A model generated the notes under the pieces. It searched no databases. It was not told the origin of the DNA and saw nothing but the letters and a program-made list of their open reading frames with translations. From positions 1-50,853 of the forward strand of contig JBJOID010000162.1 of the NCBI GenBank assembly GCA_046047315.1: DNA of 50,853 nucleotides, given 5' to 3'. Shown here piece after piece: positions 29,220 to 38,944 of the stretch. The position numbers were made by a program, and so were the translations under genes. The stretch comes from Candidatus Hydrogenedentota bacterium. Its GTDB lineage: Bacteria; Hydrogenedentota; Hydrogenedentia; Hydrogenedentales; JAEUWI01. The stretch's first letter is position 1, and every line of letters starts with the position of its first letter.

Positions 29220-29248
29220 GTGACAAATTTCCCGCGCTGGATTAGAAT
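29220..29248 (+). promoter_or_regulatory. Candidate sigma70 promoter
   Basis: GTGACA-17 bp-TAGAAT upstream of the 29305 ORF. Confidence 0.4.
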
Positions 29249-29304
29249 GTAAGGGTGGCGTGTATAGGCGCGGCGGGACGGTGCTTCGCCGATGGAGACG
29301 ATCT

Positions 29305-30153
29305 ATGTTGTCGGGTTGCGCGAGTTTTCGTAGCCGTGTGTCAAGAATTTACTGCGTGCTGGGGGTGTCGGCCTGCTGGCCGATGACCGCACAGGCCGAC
29401 AGCATCCGTGTGGACGACACGTGGCATCAGGACGTGTACGTCGTGGTGACCAAGGATTTCTATCACATTCTCGACCCCGAGGATGGCAGCACCACGAGCG
29501 TGAGCAAGAAGCGGCAGAACATCAGCGAGCCGAAGTTCACCAAGGACGAAGCCGAGCGGGCGGCGTTGCGGGCGCGCTGGGAAGAGGCGGCCAAGCTGCG
29601 TGAAAAAGCCGACGCGCGGGACATCGAACTGCGCGTGCGCGACAAGCGGTTGACCAACGCGGGGGAGGAGCCGCGCGAAAAGCCGAAGGTGAAGCTGTCG
29701 CCGCAGGAACGGGCGGCCCGCCAGGCCGCGTGGCAGGCCTTTGTGGAGGAGCGCCGCCAGTATCAGGAGGCGCGCCAACAGCTGTTGAACGAGCGCGCGG
29801 GAATTACGCCTGAGCCAGCGGCCATGGAGGGAGAAAGCCCGCTGCCGATCGAGGGGGAATCCGCACCCACGCCGCCGGGGCCACGCCCCCGCCCGGAAGA
29901 GGTCGGGGAGCCCACGCCCGAGGAGTTGTCCGAGATGGACCGCATCCGGCAAGAGCCTTATTTCTCCAGCGAGGAGGAGCGCTTCTACTATGAACAGCAG
30001 ATGCGCGCCGAGCAGGAGCGCATGCTGGCGGAGCAGTTGTACTGGGAAGAGATGGAAGCGCAGGGTTATATCGATGCGATGGGCTACGGGGCGGTCCCGC
30101 CTGTCACCCCAGAGCCTGACCCCACCACCCACAACGCCAACCCGCAGCGGTGA
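29305..30153 (+). CDS. Hypothetical secreted protein, coiled-coil and Pro/Glu-rich
   Basis: Host-like codon use and an AQA-D signal cleavage-like site. No family recognised; start uncertain. Confidence 0.65.
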   Translation: MLSGCASFRSRVSRIYCVLGVSACWPMTAQADSIRVDDTWHQDVYVVVTKDFYHILDPEDGSTTSVSKKRQNISEPKFTKDEAERAALRARWEEAAKLREKADARDIELRVRDKRLTNAGEEPREKPKVKLSPQERAARQAAWQAFVEERRQYQEARQQLLNERAGITPEPAAMEGESPLPIEGESAPTPPGPRPRPEEVGEPTPEELSEMDRIRQEPYFSSEEERFYYEQQMRAEQERMLAEQLYWEEMEAQGYIDAMGYGAVPPVTPEPDPTTHNANPQR

Positions 30154-30429
30154 CGATAAGTCTCCACACCATATGAGATGCCCGTTTAGGTTGACTGTGG
30201 GGGTGATTCCATCAGCCTCCTTCAGCGTCAATACTGCTACATCAAGTAGAACACGCCGGTTTATCAGACTTCCCCATATGATGTATTCTCGGAGTGCAAA
30301 ATCGGCCGAAGCTACAGGAGCGTCGAGAGACGTAGTGGTTGGGGACGTAAGGATAATTCTTCGCCGATTCTGCTATGCTTCGGCTGAGTCGCCCGTACAA
30401 TCGACCACGGGTCCGCGAGGGAGGAGACC

Positions 30430-31536
30430 ATGAAGGGTACGATACGCATAGCGGCCGCAGGGTTGGCCATCATCACGATGTCGCTGTCCGGCTGCTTGAC
30501 CCTGCCGCACCGGCAGATGGAGGGCTTGGCCCCGGTCGTTCCGGCCGCGGGCGAGGCAGTGGTGCTCAACGACTTGTATATCGTCGTGGACGCCTCGGGT
30601 TCGATGCACCCGCCCGACAAGTACCGGGTGGCCAAGGACCTTGTCGGCCAGTTTGCCATCGCCGCGCCGGATGATTACTACGGCGTCCAGCTCAACACCT
30701 TCGGCGGCGAGTGGAAAATGGACTGGCTCAACATGCCGATGGAGACCTTTGACCGCGAGCGCCTGAAGGCGAACGTGGCGAAGATAAAGTTCCTGAGCGG
30801 CTCGACGCCGCTGTCTGAGGCGCTGGACGCGCTTGCGCCCACCATGAAGGGACGGGCGACCCACAGCGCGGTGCTCATTTTCTCCGACGGCATGTCCGAT
30901 CCTGAGGCGGCCCTTGCCTCGGCCCGCGGCTTGCTTCTGGCCCACCCTGGAAAGCTCTGTTTCCACACGGTGCAGCTGGGTTGCGACGAGCCGGGCGCAG
31001 CCTTGCTTCAGCAGCTGTCCGCCTTGACGGACTGCGGAACCAACCGTCATGCGGATCAGGCCAGCAACATCCCAGGCATGGAAGCCCTGGTGCGCGATGT
31101 GTTCTTTGGTCCCCTGGTGGATAACGACAACGACGGCGTGCCGGACTCGCGTGACCTCTGCCCCGACACACCGGCGGGCATGTCCGTAAACGGCTACGGA
31201 TGCCATAGCTGGGGCACGGTCTACTTCGACACGGACAAGGCGGACGTGAAGCGGCAATACAAAACAGTGCTGGACGAGGTGGCCTCGCGCATGCTCAACA
31301 CGCCGGGTGCCTGCCTGCGCGTGGAGGGGCATGCCGACGCGCGCAACGAGGTGGAGTACAACCAGCGCCTGTCCGAGCGCCGCTGCAATGCGGTGCGCGA
31401 TGCCTTGATCAAGCGCGGTGTTGGCGCGGAACGGCTCATCCTGAATGGGTTCAGCGAACTTCGCCCGGTCGCTCCCAATACCTCGGCCCACAATATGCAG
31501 CTCAACCGTCGCGTCGAGCTTATTCCCCTGCCCTGA
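30430..31536 (+). CDS. Lipoprotein with VWA domain, TSP3-like Ca-binding repeat and OmpA-like peptidoglycan-binding domain
   Basis: LSGC lipobox; DASGS MIDAS, TPL, FSDG; DNDNDGVPDSRDLCPDTP; VEGHAD...NQRLSERR...NRRVEL. Confidence 0.9.
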   Translation: MKGTIRIAAAGLAIITMSLSGCLTLPHRQMEGLAPVVPAAGEAVVLNDLYIVVDASGSMHPPDKYRVAKDLVGQFAIAAPDDYYGVQLNTFGGEWKMDWLNMPMETFDRERLKANVAKIKFLSGSTPLSEALDALAPTMKGRATHSAVLIFSDGMSDPEAALASARGLLLAHPGKLCFHTVQLGCDEPGAALLQQLSALTDCGTNRHADQASNIPGMEALVRDVFFGPLVDNDNDGVPDSRDLCPDTPAGMSVNGYGCHSWGTVYFDTDKADVKRQYKTVLDEVASRMLNTPGACLRVEGHADARNEVEYNQRLSERRCNAVRDALIKRGVGAERLILNGFSELRPVAPNTSAHNMQLNRRVELIPLP

Positions 31537-31556
31537 GGGCAGAACCCGGCCAATGC

Positions 31557-31587
31557 ACCCCGCAGCCTTTCAGGCTGCGGGGTTTTT
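31557..31587 (+). terminator. Rho-independent terminator
   Basis: ACCCCGCAGCCT-TTC-AGGCTGCGGGGT followed by a T run. Confidence 0.85.
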
Positions 31588-31628
31588 CGTTGTCGCTCCG
31601 GGTGCGATGCGTTCGTAGATTCGCTATC

Positions 31629-32768
31629 ATGGCGCGCATGCGTGTGTTGCTTGCCTGGGGCGTTGCCTTCATAAACGCCATCCATTACGTGTTGTTCAAA
31701 GTCCGGCTGATGAATCCGCCGGACTTTCGCCGCTATCCCACTCACTGGGAGCCCTGGCTGGGCGGCATGCTCGGTTGGAAGCGGACCCTGCGGGTGCGCC
31801 ATGCGGAGCGCTGCCCGGTGGAGGGGGCGGCGGTTTTCGTGTCGAACCACGTAAAGCTGGACGACCCGCTCTTTCTCTGGGGGGCGGTGGACCGCGCCAC
31901 AGGGGGACGGCGGCACATCTATTTCATGATGCGGGATGATTTCTTCCGGGGGTGGCCTTGGGACTACCTCCCCTTCAGCATGAACGAATTGACAGCCAGC
32001 TCGGGGTGCATCCAGATTTCCCGTGACCAAGTAAGCCTGTCGCAGTTAAAGCCGCTGCTTCAGGTCCTTGAGCGGGGAGAGTCCTTCTTGATGTTTCCCG
32101 GCCGCACTCGCAGCCGCACGGGACAGTGCATCGAATACCGCGACGGCATTGACGAGCCCGGCGGCGTTTCCTTTTTCCTCGCCCATGGCAGCCGTCGTGC
32201 GGGGTGCGACATTCCCGCCGTTCCGCTTGCCCGTACGCACAACCCGGTAAGCGGGGTAAGCACGGTTGTGTTTGGAGCGCCTATGGTGCTGCCGAAAGGC
32301 GCGCAGCGCGAGGCCCAGCGCGATTTCGACCTCGAGCTTGCCGTGGCCATATCCAACTTGATTGAGTTGCATGCGCTGCATGCGTTGTCGATGCTGCTGT
32401 ATCTGCGAAGCCTGCACAGCCAAACCGGGCCCTACACGTTGCGTCAGGCCGAGTCCGATGTGCGGGCTATATTGACGGCGGCGGAGAAATCCGGACGCTT
32501 CGTGGACCGCGGCGCGCTGGCGGAGCCCAAGGTCGCCGTTGCCGGCGCCGCGCGTTGGCTTGAGAAGCACGGCGCGCTGCGCATGGTGGACGACGCCATC
32601 CACGCGGAGCCCTCCGCAATACTGAGCGCGCCCGAATGGGATACGAAGTACCGGAAGAACAACCCCGTCAAGTTCTACGCGAATCAGGCGCTCCACCTCG
32701 TCGATGTTGTCGCGGCTGCCGAAGAGCGCGTATCTTGCCCTTCCGCAGCCGCGCGATTGGAAACCTGA
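31629..32768 (+). CDS. PlsC-like glycerolipid acyltransferase with C-terminal extension
   Basis: SNHVKLDD (NHxxxxD), variant MFPGRTRS, IPAVP. Confidence 0.8.
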   Translation: MARMRVLLAWGVAFINAIHYVLFKVRLMNPPDFRRYPTHWEPWLGGMLGWKRTLRVRHAERCPVEGAAVFVSNHVKLDDPLFLWGAVDRATGGRRHIYFMMRDDFFRGWPWDYLPFSMNELTASSGCIQISRDQVSLSQLKPLLQVLERGESFLMFPGRTRSRTGQCIEYRDGIDEPGGVSFFLAHGSRRAGCDIPAVPLARTHNPVSGVSTVVFGAPMVLPKGAQREAQRDFDLELAVAISNLIELHALHALSMLLYLRSLHSQTGPYTLRQAESDVRAILTAAEKSGRFVDRGALAEPKVAVAGAARWLEKHGALRMVDDAIHAEPSAILSAPEWDTKYRKNNPVKFYANQALHLVDVVAAAEERVSCPSAAARLET

Positions 32769-32771
32769 AAC

Positions 32772-34250
32772 ATGTGGCAGCTCATCCGGCAAAACCAAAG
32801 ACGCTCAATAATTCTAGTGGGCGCCATGTTCCTGTTGCTCGCTTCGCTGGGATTCCTGATTGGTGTTACGGTATTTCCGGGCGACACCCATGCCGTGGGC
32901 GACCGCATCCTTTTTGATCCCACCGGGGGAATGATGGGGATAGCGGTGGCCTCGCTGCTGTGGATCATCCAGGCGCTGGTGGCGTATTTCCGGGGCGACG
33001 CAATCCTCCTGTCCGCCAGTGGCGCCCGTCGGATTGAGAAAGAGGACCATCCCCGCCTTTTCAACGTGGTCGAGGAGATGACGATTGCGGCGCAGTTGCC
33101 CAAGATGCCCGACGTTTACATCATCGAGGACAGCGCGCTGAATGCGTTCGCGGCGGGCCGCAAGCCGGAGACCGCGAAGGTGGCCATCACCACCGGCCTG
33201 TTGGAGAAGCTGGACCGCGATCAACTTCAGGGGGTGATGGCGCACGAAATCGCCCACGTGGTGCACCGTGACGTATTGTTCATGACGATGCTCGGCGTCA
33301 TGCTGGGAACCATCGTGCTATTGTCGGAACTGTTCCTGCGTTCCATGCGCCATATGACCGTGGGTGGAGGCAGCCGCTATGGCGGTTCCCGCCGGGGCAA
33401 AAACGGCGGCGGGGCGCAATTGGTCCTGCTTGCGCTGGTGGTGGTGTTGGCTATCCTTGCGCCGCTGATAGCGCAGGTGATCTATTTTGCCTGCTCGCGC
33501 CGCCGCGAGTACTTGGCGGATGCCGGAGCGGCGGTCTACACGCGGTATCCCGAGGGGCTGGCTTCCGCGCTGGAGGTCTTGGCTGGCCAGCATGGAAAGC
33601 TGCAACGGGTGAGCAAGGCGACAGCGCCACTCTTCATTGTCAACCCGTTGAATCCCTCCGCAAGGAGCATGATGGGAATCCTGTCGACGCATCCGCCCAC
33701 GGACAAACGCATCAAGGTGCTGCGTTCGATCGGCCAGGGAGTGTCGTATGCGGCCTACCAGTCGGCCTGGAAGCAGGTGGACCGGAAGGCTTGGATGCCC
33801 GGCGACCTGACGGCCGAGGCGGCAGTGGCCGTGCGCGGAGCCAGCGCCGATGCCGCCGCGCGCACGCGCAAGCGCGACACCGGCGACATGTTGCGCAAGC
33901 TGCACGATTTCATTTTCATTCCTTGCGCATGCGGCATGCGCATCAAGCTGCCGCCCGAATGGAAGGAACCCGAGGCTGCTTGTCCCAAATGCGGCCGCCG
34001 TCATCCGGTTCCGCTTGAAGGTTTGGCCGCCACGGCAGCGGTGCTGACCGGGCGCGGCATCCCCGGTGTGGGGGCGCTGGCTGAAGGGGGGACGCCCCGC
34101 CACGAGCAGACAGTGGATAAACCGCGTGGCGCCTGGGTTACCGTGCAGTGCCGTTGCGGCCAGAAGAAAAACCTGGGCCCGGGCTTCAGCGCACCAAGCA
34201 CTCGGTGCAGCCGCTGTGGCGAGGACATTCAGGTGAGGCTGATCGACTGA
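32772..34250 (+). CDS. htpX: HtpX-like M48 membrane zinc protease with two C-terminal Cys4 ribbons
   Basis: NAFAAG, HEIAH, SRRREYLAD, STHPP; CACG...CPKC and CRCG...CSRC. Confidence 0.88.
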   Translation: MWQLIRQNQRRSIILVGAMFLLLASLGFLIGVTVFPGDTHAVGDRILFDPTGGMMGIAVASLLWIIQALVAYFRGDAILLSASGARRIEKEDHPRLFNVVEEMTIAAQLPKMPDVYIIEDSALNAFAAGRKPETAKVAITTGLLEKLDRDQLQGVMAHEIAHVVHRDVLFMTMLGVMLGTIVLLSELFLRSMRHMTVGGGSRYGGSRRGKNGGGAQLVLLALVVVLAILAPLIAQVIYFACSRRREYLADAGAAVYTRYPEGLASALEVLAGQHGKLQRVSKATAPLFIVNPLNPSARSMMGILSTHPPTDKRIKVLRSIGQGVSYAAYQSAWKQVDRKAWMPGDLTAEAAVAVRGASADAAARTRKRDTGDMLRKLHDFIFIPCACGMRIKLPPEWKEPEAACPKCGRRHPVPLEGLAATAAVLTGRGIPGVGALAEGGTPRHEQTVDKPRGAWVTVQCRCGQKKNLGPGFSAPSTRCSRCGEDIQVRLID

Positions 34251-34274
34251 TATCGCGCCGGTTCCGTCGTGTGG

Positions 34275-35528
34275 TCAGCGCCTAAACGGGTCCCGAACGG
34301 GGGCGTCGTCTTGCGGCACAAGACGCAGCAGCAGCCGGATTAGCGGATTGAGCAAGGCAACGCGGTGTCGAATCCATATCTCCGTGGGTTGCGGTGTGGC
34401 GCCCAGCCGGGCCTTGGGTTCCAACGCGGTGCGGCCAAAGTGCGCCTCCTCGCAGCCCAAGGCCAGGGCGTCATCGATGACGCTGTGCAGCAGGCGCAGG
34501 TACAAAGGCGCTTCCCGGTTGGCCTCATAGTCAAAGCCCACCACATGGGCATGCGCCGTGGCACCGTCGCGCAATACGAAAGAGAAGCCAAGCAGCACGC
34601 CATCGCGGCGAAGTGCGGTGCAACGCCAGTTTCCCGTGCCCGCTGCCGCCGCGAGCGCGGAAAAATAACCGGGCCTTACCACGCCAAAGCGCATCTGTGC
34701 GCGCTTTTCCACCTGGGCGTAAAGCTCGTGAATCCGCCCGGCCTCGGTTCTCAGGTCGGTCATCGTCTCGACGGAGATTCCAGCCTGCTCAATGGCGGTG
34801 TCCGTGGCTCGGGCCGCCTTGCGATACTTGGTGTTCAGGGCGGAAAGGTAATCTTCGCGCGAGCGCCATGCGGGTTTCAGCCGCAAGACCATGCAGGGTT
34901 CCACGCGCAACGAAACGAAACCGGCTTGCCGCAGCGCCTCCCGATGCGTGGTGGAGGCTGCGGGGAAGTCCTTGATGACAACGAAGTCCGCGCCACCGCT
35001 CTTTTCGATCAGGCCATCAAGCCCGGCAATCACGTCGGGCCACGCGGCCGTTGAATCGCATCCCCCTTCAATGGCTACGCCATCCATGCCGCAGGAATAG
35101 AGATTGCCGCATACCAGCACCCTGCGCCCAAGCAGGCCCAGCGTCCGGTTGCGTGTCCATGTGGTGGCCTGTTCGAGCAGGCGCCCGAGGCGTCGCTGCC
35201 GGAGGTTGTGCTCGGTTCGCTCCCGGACGGCCAGCAGCTCATCGCCCGCGATGATCTGCTGAGTCCGCAGCGCGGCGAAGGGTTCTCCCTGGAAATGAAG
35301 CAGCGCATACCGCTGGGTGACCTCGTCCGGAACCTCCTGCTCGACGGCCTGAAGGACGGCGCGCTGCAGGAAAAGTCCGGCGTTTCGCGTGAGGTCTTCC
35401 CATGCCGCGGGCAGCTCGGCGGCATGATCGCATGCGCGTAACTCAATGGTGGAAGCCGCTGGCAGGCAGCGCAAGCGGTCGAGTCGGGTGAGCGCGAAGA
35501 ACTGGCGCGCGCAACTGTATTCGCTCAT
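34275..35528 (-). CDS. GNAT/FemAB-like acyltransferase
   Basis: EDYLSALNTKYRK, VGFDY, YLRLL, FGRTALEPKARLGA. Start set at MSEYS, uncertain. Confidence 0.75.
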   Translation of the reverse strand: MSEYSCARQFFALTRLDRLRCLPAASTIELRACDHAAELPAAWEDLTRNAGLFLQRAVLQAVEQEVPDEVTQRYALLHFQGEPFAALRTQQIIAGDELLAVRERTEHNLRQRRLGRLLEQATTWTRNRTLGLLGRRVLVCGNLYSCGMDGVAIEGGCDSTAAWPDVIAGLDGLIEKSGGADFVVIKDFPAASTTHREALRQAGFVSLRVEPCMVLRLKPAWRSREDYLSALNTKYRKAARATDTAIEQAGISVETMTDLRTEAGRIHELYAQVEKRAQMRFGVVRPGYFSALAAAAGTGNWRCTALRRDGVLLGFSFVLRDGATAHAHVVGFDYEANREAPLYLRLLHSVIDDALALGCEEAHFGRTALEPKARLGATPQPTEIWIRHRVALLNPLIRLLLRLVPQDDAPVRDPFRR

Positions 35529-35684
35529 CCCATCACTCCCTCGCCCGGATTTCCCGGCATTTGTAGCACACAGCCCTTCCCCTGAACCATTCCCCGGCTT
35601 CGATTGACGCGGCGGGCCTCCTGTGAAAGAATAGCGGAACAGGCGCGGCAAGCCAGCCGGTGCGGCACAACAGGGGTAACCACC

Positions 35685-37340
35685 ATGCATGGGTATATTC
35701 GGGGAGCCGCAATCTTCATCGCGGCCGTGGCCGCTCTGTTGACCACGGGTTGTCCTCCTGCACAAACGCCGCCCTCGGCCTCGTTCACTGCAAACCCACG
35801 CACCGGGGCACTGCCGCTGTCGGTCAGTTTCACGGATACTTCCAATCCGGGCAGTGAGGCCATCACCACCTGGGCATGGAACTTTGGCGACGGCGGCACC
35901 AGCGACCGCCAGAACCCGACGCACGTCTACACGCAGCCGGGGGTCTACGACGTGCGCCTCTCCGTGACGACGCCCTTGGGCACCAACGAGACCGTGTCGC
36001 AGGCCTTCATCACGGCCTATCAAGGCATACCCGTGATTCTGAGTGACAACGCGGTGCTGGCGGATGAGCAGCCCGGCTTCACGATCACGGGTGTGCAGAC
36101 GGCCTCACTCAGCGGCACCACGGCGACGGGAGGCGCGCCGCCTCAGTCCGGCCAAGTGCTGGTGGGCGGCGCGGGAAGCGGCTTCGCGCGCCGTGTTACC
36201 GGGGTGACGCAAAGCGGAAACACCTTTACGGCAAGCACCGAGAACGCCAGCCTGGCCGAAGTCTTCGAGCAGGTGGATGTAACGGTGAGTGGCAAATTCG
36301 CGAGCCAGAATATCTCGATACCGAACGTGCGCGCCCTGAATACCGGGGGCATGACCGCTAATTTCAGCGGCAGCCTCAACTTCGCGCCGGAGGTCAGCGT
36401 GGACCTGCGTATCGAGAATGGAAACATTACGGCCTTCAGCTATGAGGTGGCGGGACGACTTAACCTCGATTTCGACGTGGTCTTCAATGCCAGCGCTGCC
36501 GGGGATGCAGAGGATACGGTGTCCCTGTTCGAGGCGCTCGGGCGCAACCGTCCAACGGTGCTGGCTTCCGCGCGGGCGGGCGGTGCGCCCGTGGTCATCC
36601 AGTTCGTGCTAGACCTGAACCTGGTGTCGGAGGTGAGCACAGCGGCGGGCGGAAACTTCAGCGCGGGCTTCGACAGCGAGCGCGACATACGCCTGAGCGC
36701 TCAGTACGCGAATGGTCAATGGTCCAGCCTCGACTCGGTGTCGCTTAACCCGGACGTGGATACGCCTTCCTGGAATATGACGGATGACTTCGAGGGCCGC
36801 TTCTATGTGGAGCCGACGGTGACCGCGCGCCTCTACGGGGTTGACGGGCCACTCCTCGCCGCCGCGCCCCACGGGCTCTTCGAGACGATGCCCGAACCCG
36901 CGCCGTTGCGCGCCAGCTGGAAGGCCGCCATCAATGCGCGTGGGGAATTCGGCAGCGACGACCTCATCTCTTTTGGTCCCGGCATCGCTTCGGAATACTT
37001 CCCGTTGACCGAGGGTCCCACCTATCCGCTATGGAGTTTCATCGCTCCCCAACCAATTCTCACGGTAAGCCCTGCGGAGCGCGAGGTGAGCGCGGCCGCT
37101 GGAACCACCACCTTCACGGTGTCGAATACCGGAACGGGCGCGATGTCCTGGACCGCGAGCCGTCCCTCGGGCGTAGCGTGGATCACCGGCATCGCGTTGA
37201 GTCCCGGTGGCGGCGGAGTGACGGTGACCTATGCGGCCAACACCAACCCGGAGTCCCGCCGGGCAAACATCATCTTCACGGCCGAGGGCGCGGTGGGCAG
37301 TCCCTTCGCAGCGAGCATCGTGCAGGCCGGCGCCGAGTAG
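35685..37340 (+). CDS. Lipoprotein with PKD domain and C-terminal BACON-like Ig domain
   Basis: LTTGCPP lipobox; WAWNFGDG...NPTHVY PKD signature; WTAS...WIT...ANT...SRRANI. Confidence 0.85.
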   Translation: MHGYIRGAAIFIAAVAALLTTGCPPAQTPPSASFTANPRTGALPLSVSFTDTSNPGSEAITTWAWNFGDGGTSDRQNPTHVYTQPGVYDVRLSVTTPLGTNETVSQAFITAYQGIPVILSDNAVLADEQPGFTITGVQTASLSGTTATGGAPPQSGQVLVGGAGSGFARRVTGVTQSGNTFTASTENASLAEVFEQVDVTVSGKFASQNISIPNVRALNTGGMTANFSGSLNFAPEVSVDLRIENGNITAFSYEVAGRLNLDFDVVFNASAAGDAEDTVSLFEALGRNRPTVLASARAGGAPVVIQFVLDLNLVSEVSTAAGGNFSAGFDSERDIRLSAQYANGQWSSLDSVSLNPDVDTPSWNMTDDFEGRFYVEPTVTARLYGVDGPLLAAAPHGLFETMPEPAPLRASWKAAINARGEFGSDDLISFGPGIASEYFPLTEGPTYPLWSFIAPQPILTVSPAEREVSAAAGTTTFTVSNTGTGAMSWTASRPSGVAWITGIALSPGGGGVTVTYAANTNPESRRANIIFTAEGAVGSPFAASIVQAGAE

Positions 37341-37349
37341 CCTGCCGCG

Positions 37350-38063
37350 CTAGGCAAAGGCGCCCGCGCGCTGCAACAGCAGTGTGGCCCCCAGCACTGC
37401 GGCCACTTCGCTGCGATAGGTGTAGGCCCCAAGGGTGATCGGCCGGGCGCCTGCGCCCGTGAACGCCGCGATTTCCTCGCAGGTGAAATCCCCTTCAGGT
37501 CCCACCGCCAGCAGGAGATCGCCGGTTACTTCCACGGAATCTACTGCTTGGGCCTCTGGGGTCATCGCCGCGATATAGGCGGTTCCCGCATGGGCAGCGA
37601 TCACTTTAAGGGGCTCTTCGATTAACTCAATGTTGGGCAGCCAGTTTCGGCCACATTGCTTGCAGACCTCGACCAAGATGCGTTCCCACTTGGCTTCCTG
37701 CTTGGGGAGTCGTTCGCTGCGGCGGGCACGAAAAAAGACGAAGCGCGTCACACCTACTTCGGTCCCACGGCGAAGCAGCTCCTCAATGGCACCCGGTCGA
37801 TGCAGCGCCGCGACGAGCAGGGTGCAGTGCGGAGACGGGGGAGGCGCCACGGTCCGCTCCACGATGTGTATCGCGGCTTCGCGCTTGCCCGCCACTTCGA
37901 AGGCCCCCCGCCATATGCGGCCCGCGCCATCGAAGACTTCAACCGTTTCACCCGGCTTCAGGCGCGCCACCCGCAAGGCATGGTGCGCTTCTCCTTCCGG
38001 CAGCGCAAGGATGTCGGTGTCGGCGGTGTCTGGCGGAACATGAAAACGGTGCAGGTGCGACAT
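37350..38063 (-). CDS. rsmE: 16S rRNA m3U1498 methyltransferase
   Basis: HHALRVARL, TEVGV, KQCGR, VGPEGDF, LGAYTYRSEVA. Confidence 0.92.
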   Translation of the reverse strand: MSHLHRFHVPPDTADTDILALPEGEAHHALRVARLKPGETVEVFDGAGRIWRGAFEVAGKREAAIHIVERTVAPPPSPHCTLLVAALHRPGAIEELLRRGTEVGVTRFVFFRARRSERLPKQEAKWERILVEVCKQCGRNWLPNIELIEEPLKVIAAHAGTAYIAAMTPEAQAVDSVEVTGDLLLAVGPEGDFTCEEIAAFTGAGARPITLGAYTYRSEVAAVLGATLLLQRAGAFA

Positions 38064-38179
38064 GTCGCCTCCAAGGTTCAACGGGTGTTGCTTCAACTCT
38101 AGCACGCGTCCGCGCGCCAGTAGAACGTGATGCATCTCCCACCCGTGCGATGGTGACCGCGGACTTGACCGCCAACCCG

Positions 38180-38938
38180 ATGCGACCCATACTGGCGGCG
38201 GGAGGGGCGCGAGCTTTGCGGCCAGCGGAAACGATATCAATCCACTATCTCGTTGATTGCGGCGGCGACAAGCGTTTCGAGTTTCAGGTGACGCTGGATC
38301 CCGCGACGCTTGAGCGCAACGGAGCCGAGCATCCGGAACCGCCGGATTGGGCCCTGCTCGAGCGGCATCGTTGCGACTGCTGCCCACTGCCAGGGGGCCC
38401 TGGTAAGACCTGTCCGGCGGCCATGGCGCTTGTGGACCTTGTGGCGGGTTTTGGCGAGATGCTGTCCTACGCCGAGGCAGCGGTCGTGGTGACGACCCGC
38501 CAGCGCGAGGTTCATACCCGCACCAGTGTGCAGCGCGTGTTGAGTTCGCTGGTCGGGCTATACATGGCCACCAGCGGCTGCCCGAGCATGGCCTTCCTCA
38601 AGCCGATGGCGCGCTTCCATCTACCTTTCGCCTCGCGGCAGGAAACGCTATTTCGTGCTGCAAGCGCCCACATGCTGATGCAGTATTTCCTGCATCGCGA
38701 GGGTAAGCCCTGCGACATGAACCTCGAGACCCTCCAGGCACAGTATCAGCGGCTGAGCCTCGTGAACAGGAACATCGCGAACCGGCTGCGCGAGGCAACG
38801 CAGGGCGACGCCAACGTGAACGCCGTGGTGCTGCTGGACCTCTTCGCGCAGGATATTCCCATGGCGATTGACGAAGGCTTGGGCGAGCTGGCGCAACTGT
38901 TCCACGCGGCCACAGCGGAACATCCTCCGCGCGCCTAA
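38180..38938 (+). CDS. DUF6901-like Cys-containing protein
   Basis: PDWALL..HRCDCCPL, MATSGCP, KPMARFHLPFAS. Start uncertain. Confidence 0.7.
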   Translation: MRPILAAGGARALRPAETISIHYLVDCGGDKRFEFQVTLDPATLERNGAEHPEPPDWALLERHRCDCCPLPGGPGKTCPAAMALVDLVAGFGEMLSYAEAAVVVTTRQREVHTRTSVQRVLSSLVGLYMATSGCPSMAFLKPMARFHLPFASRQETLFRAASAHMLMQYFLHREGKPCDMNLETLQAQYQRLSLVNRNIANRLREATQGDANVNAVVLLDLFAQDIPMAIDEGLGELAQLFHAATAEHPPRA

Positions 38939-38944
38939 GCGCCG

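Noticed and set aside
34275-36023. 582-aa version of the GNAT ORF
   Set aside because: The N-terminal extension is antisense to the PKD lipoprotein gene; the real start is near 35528 or later.
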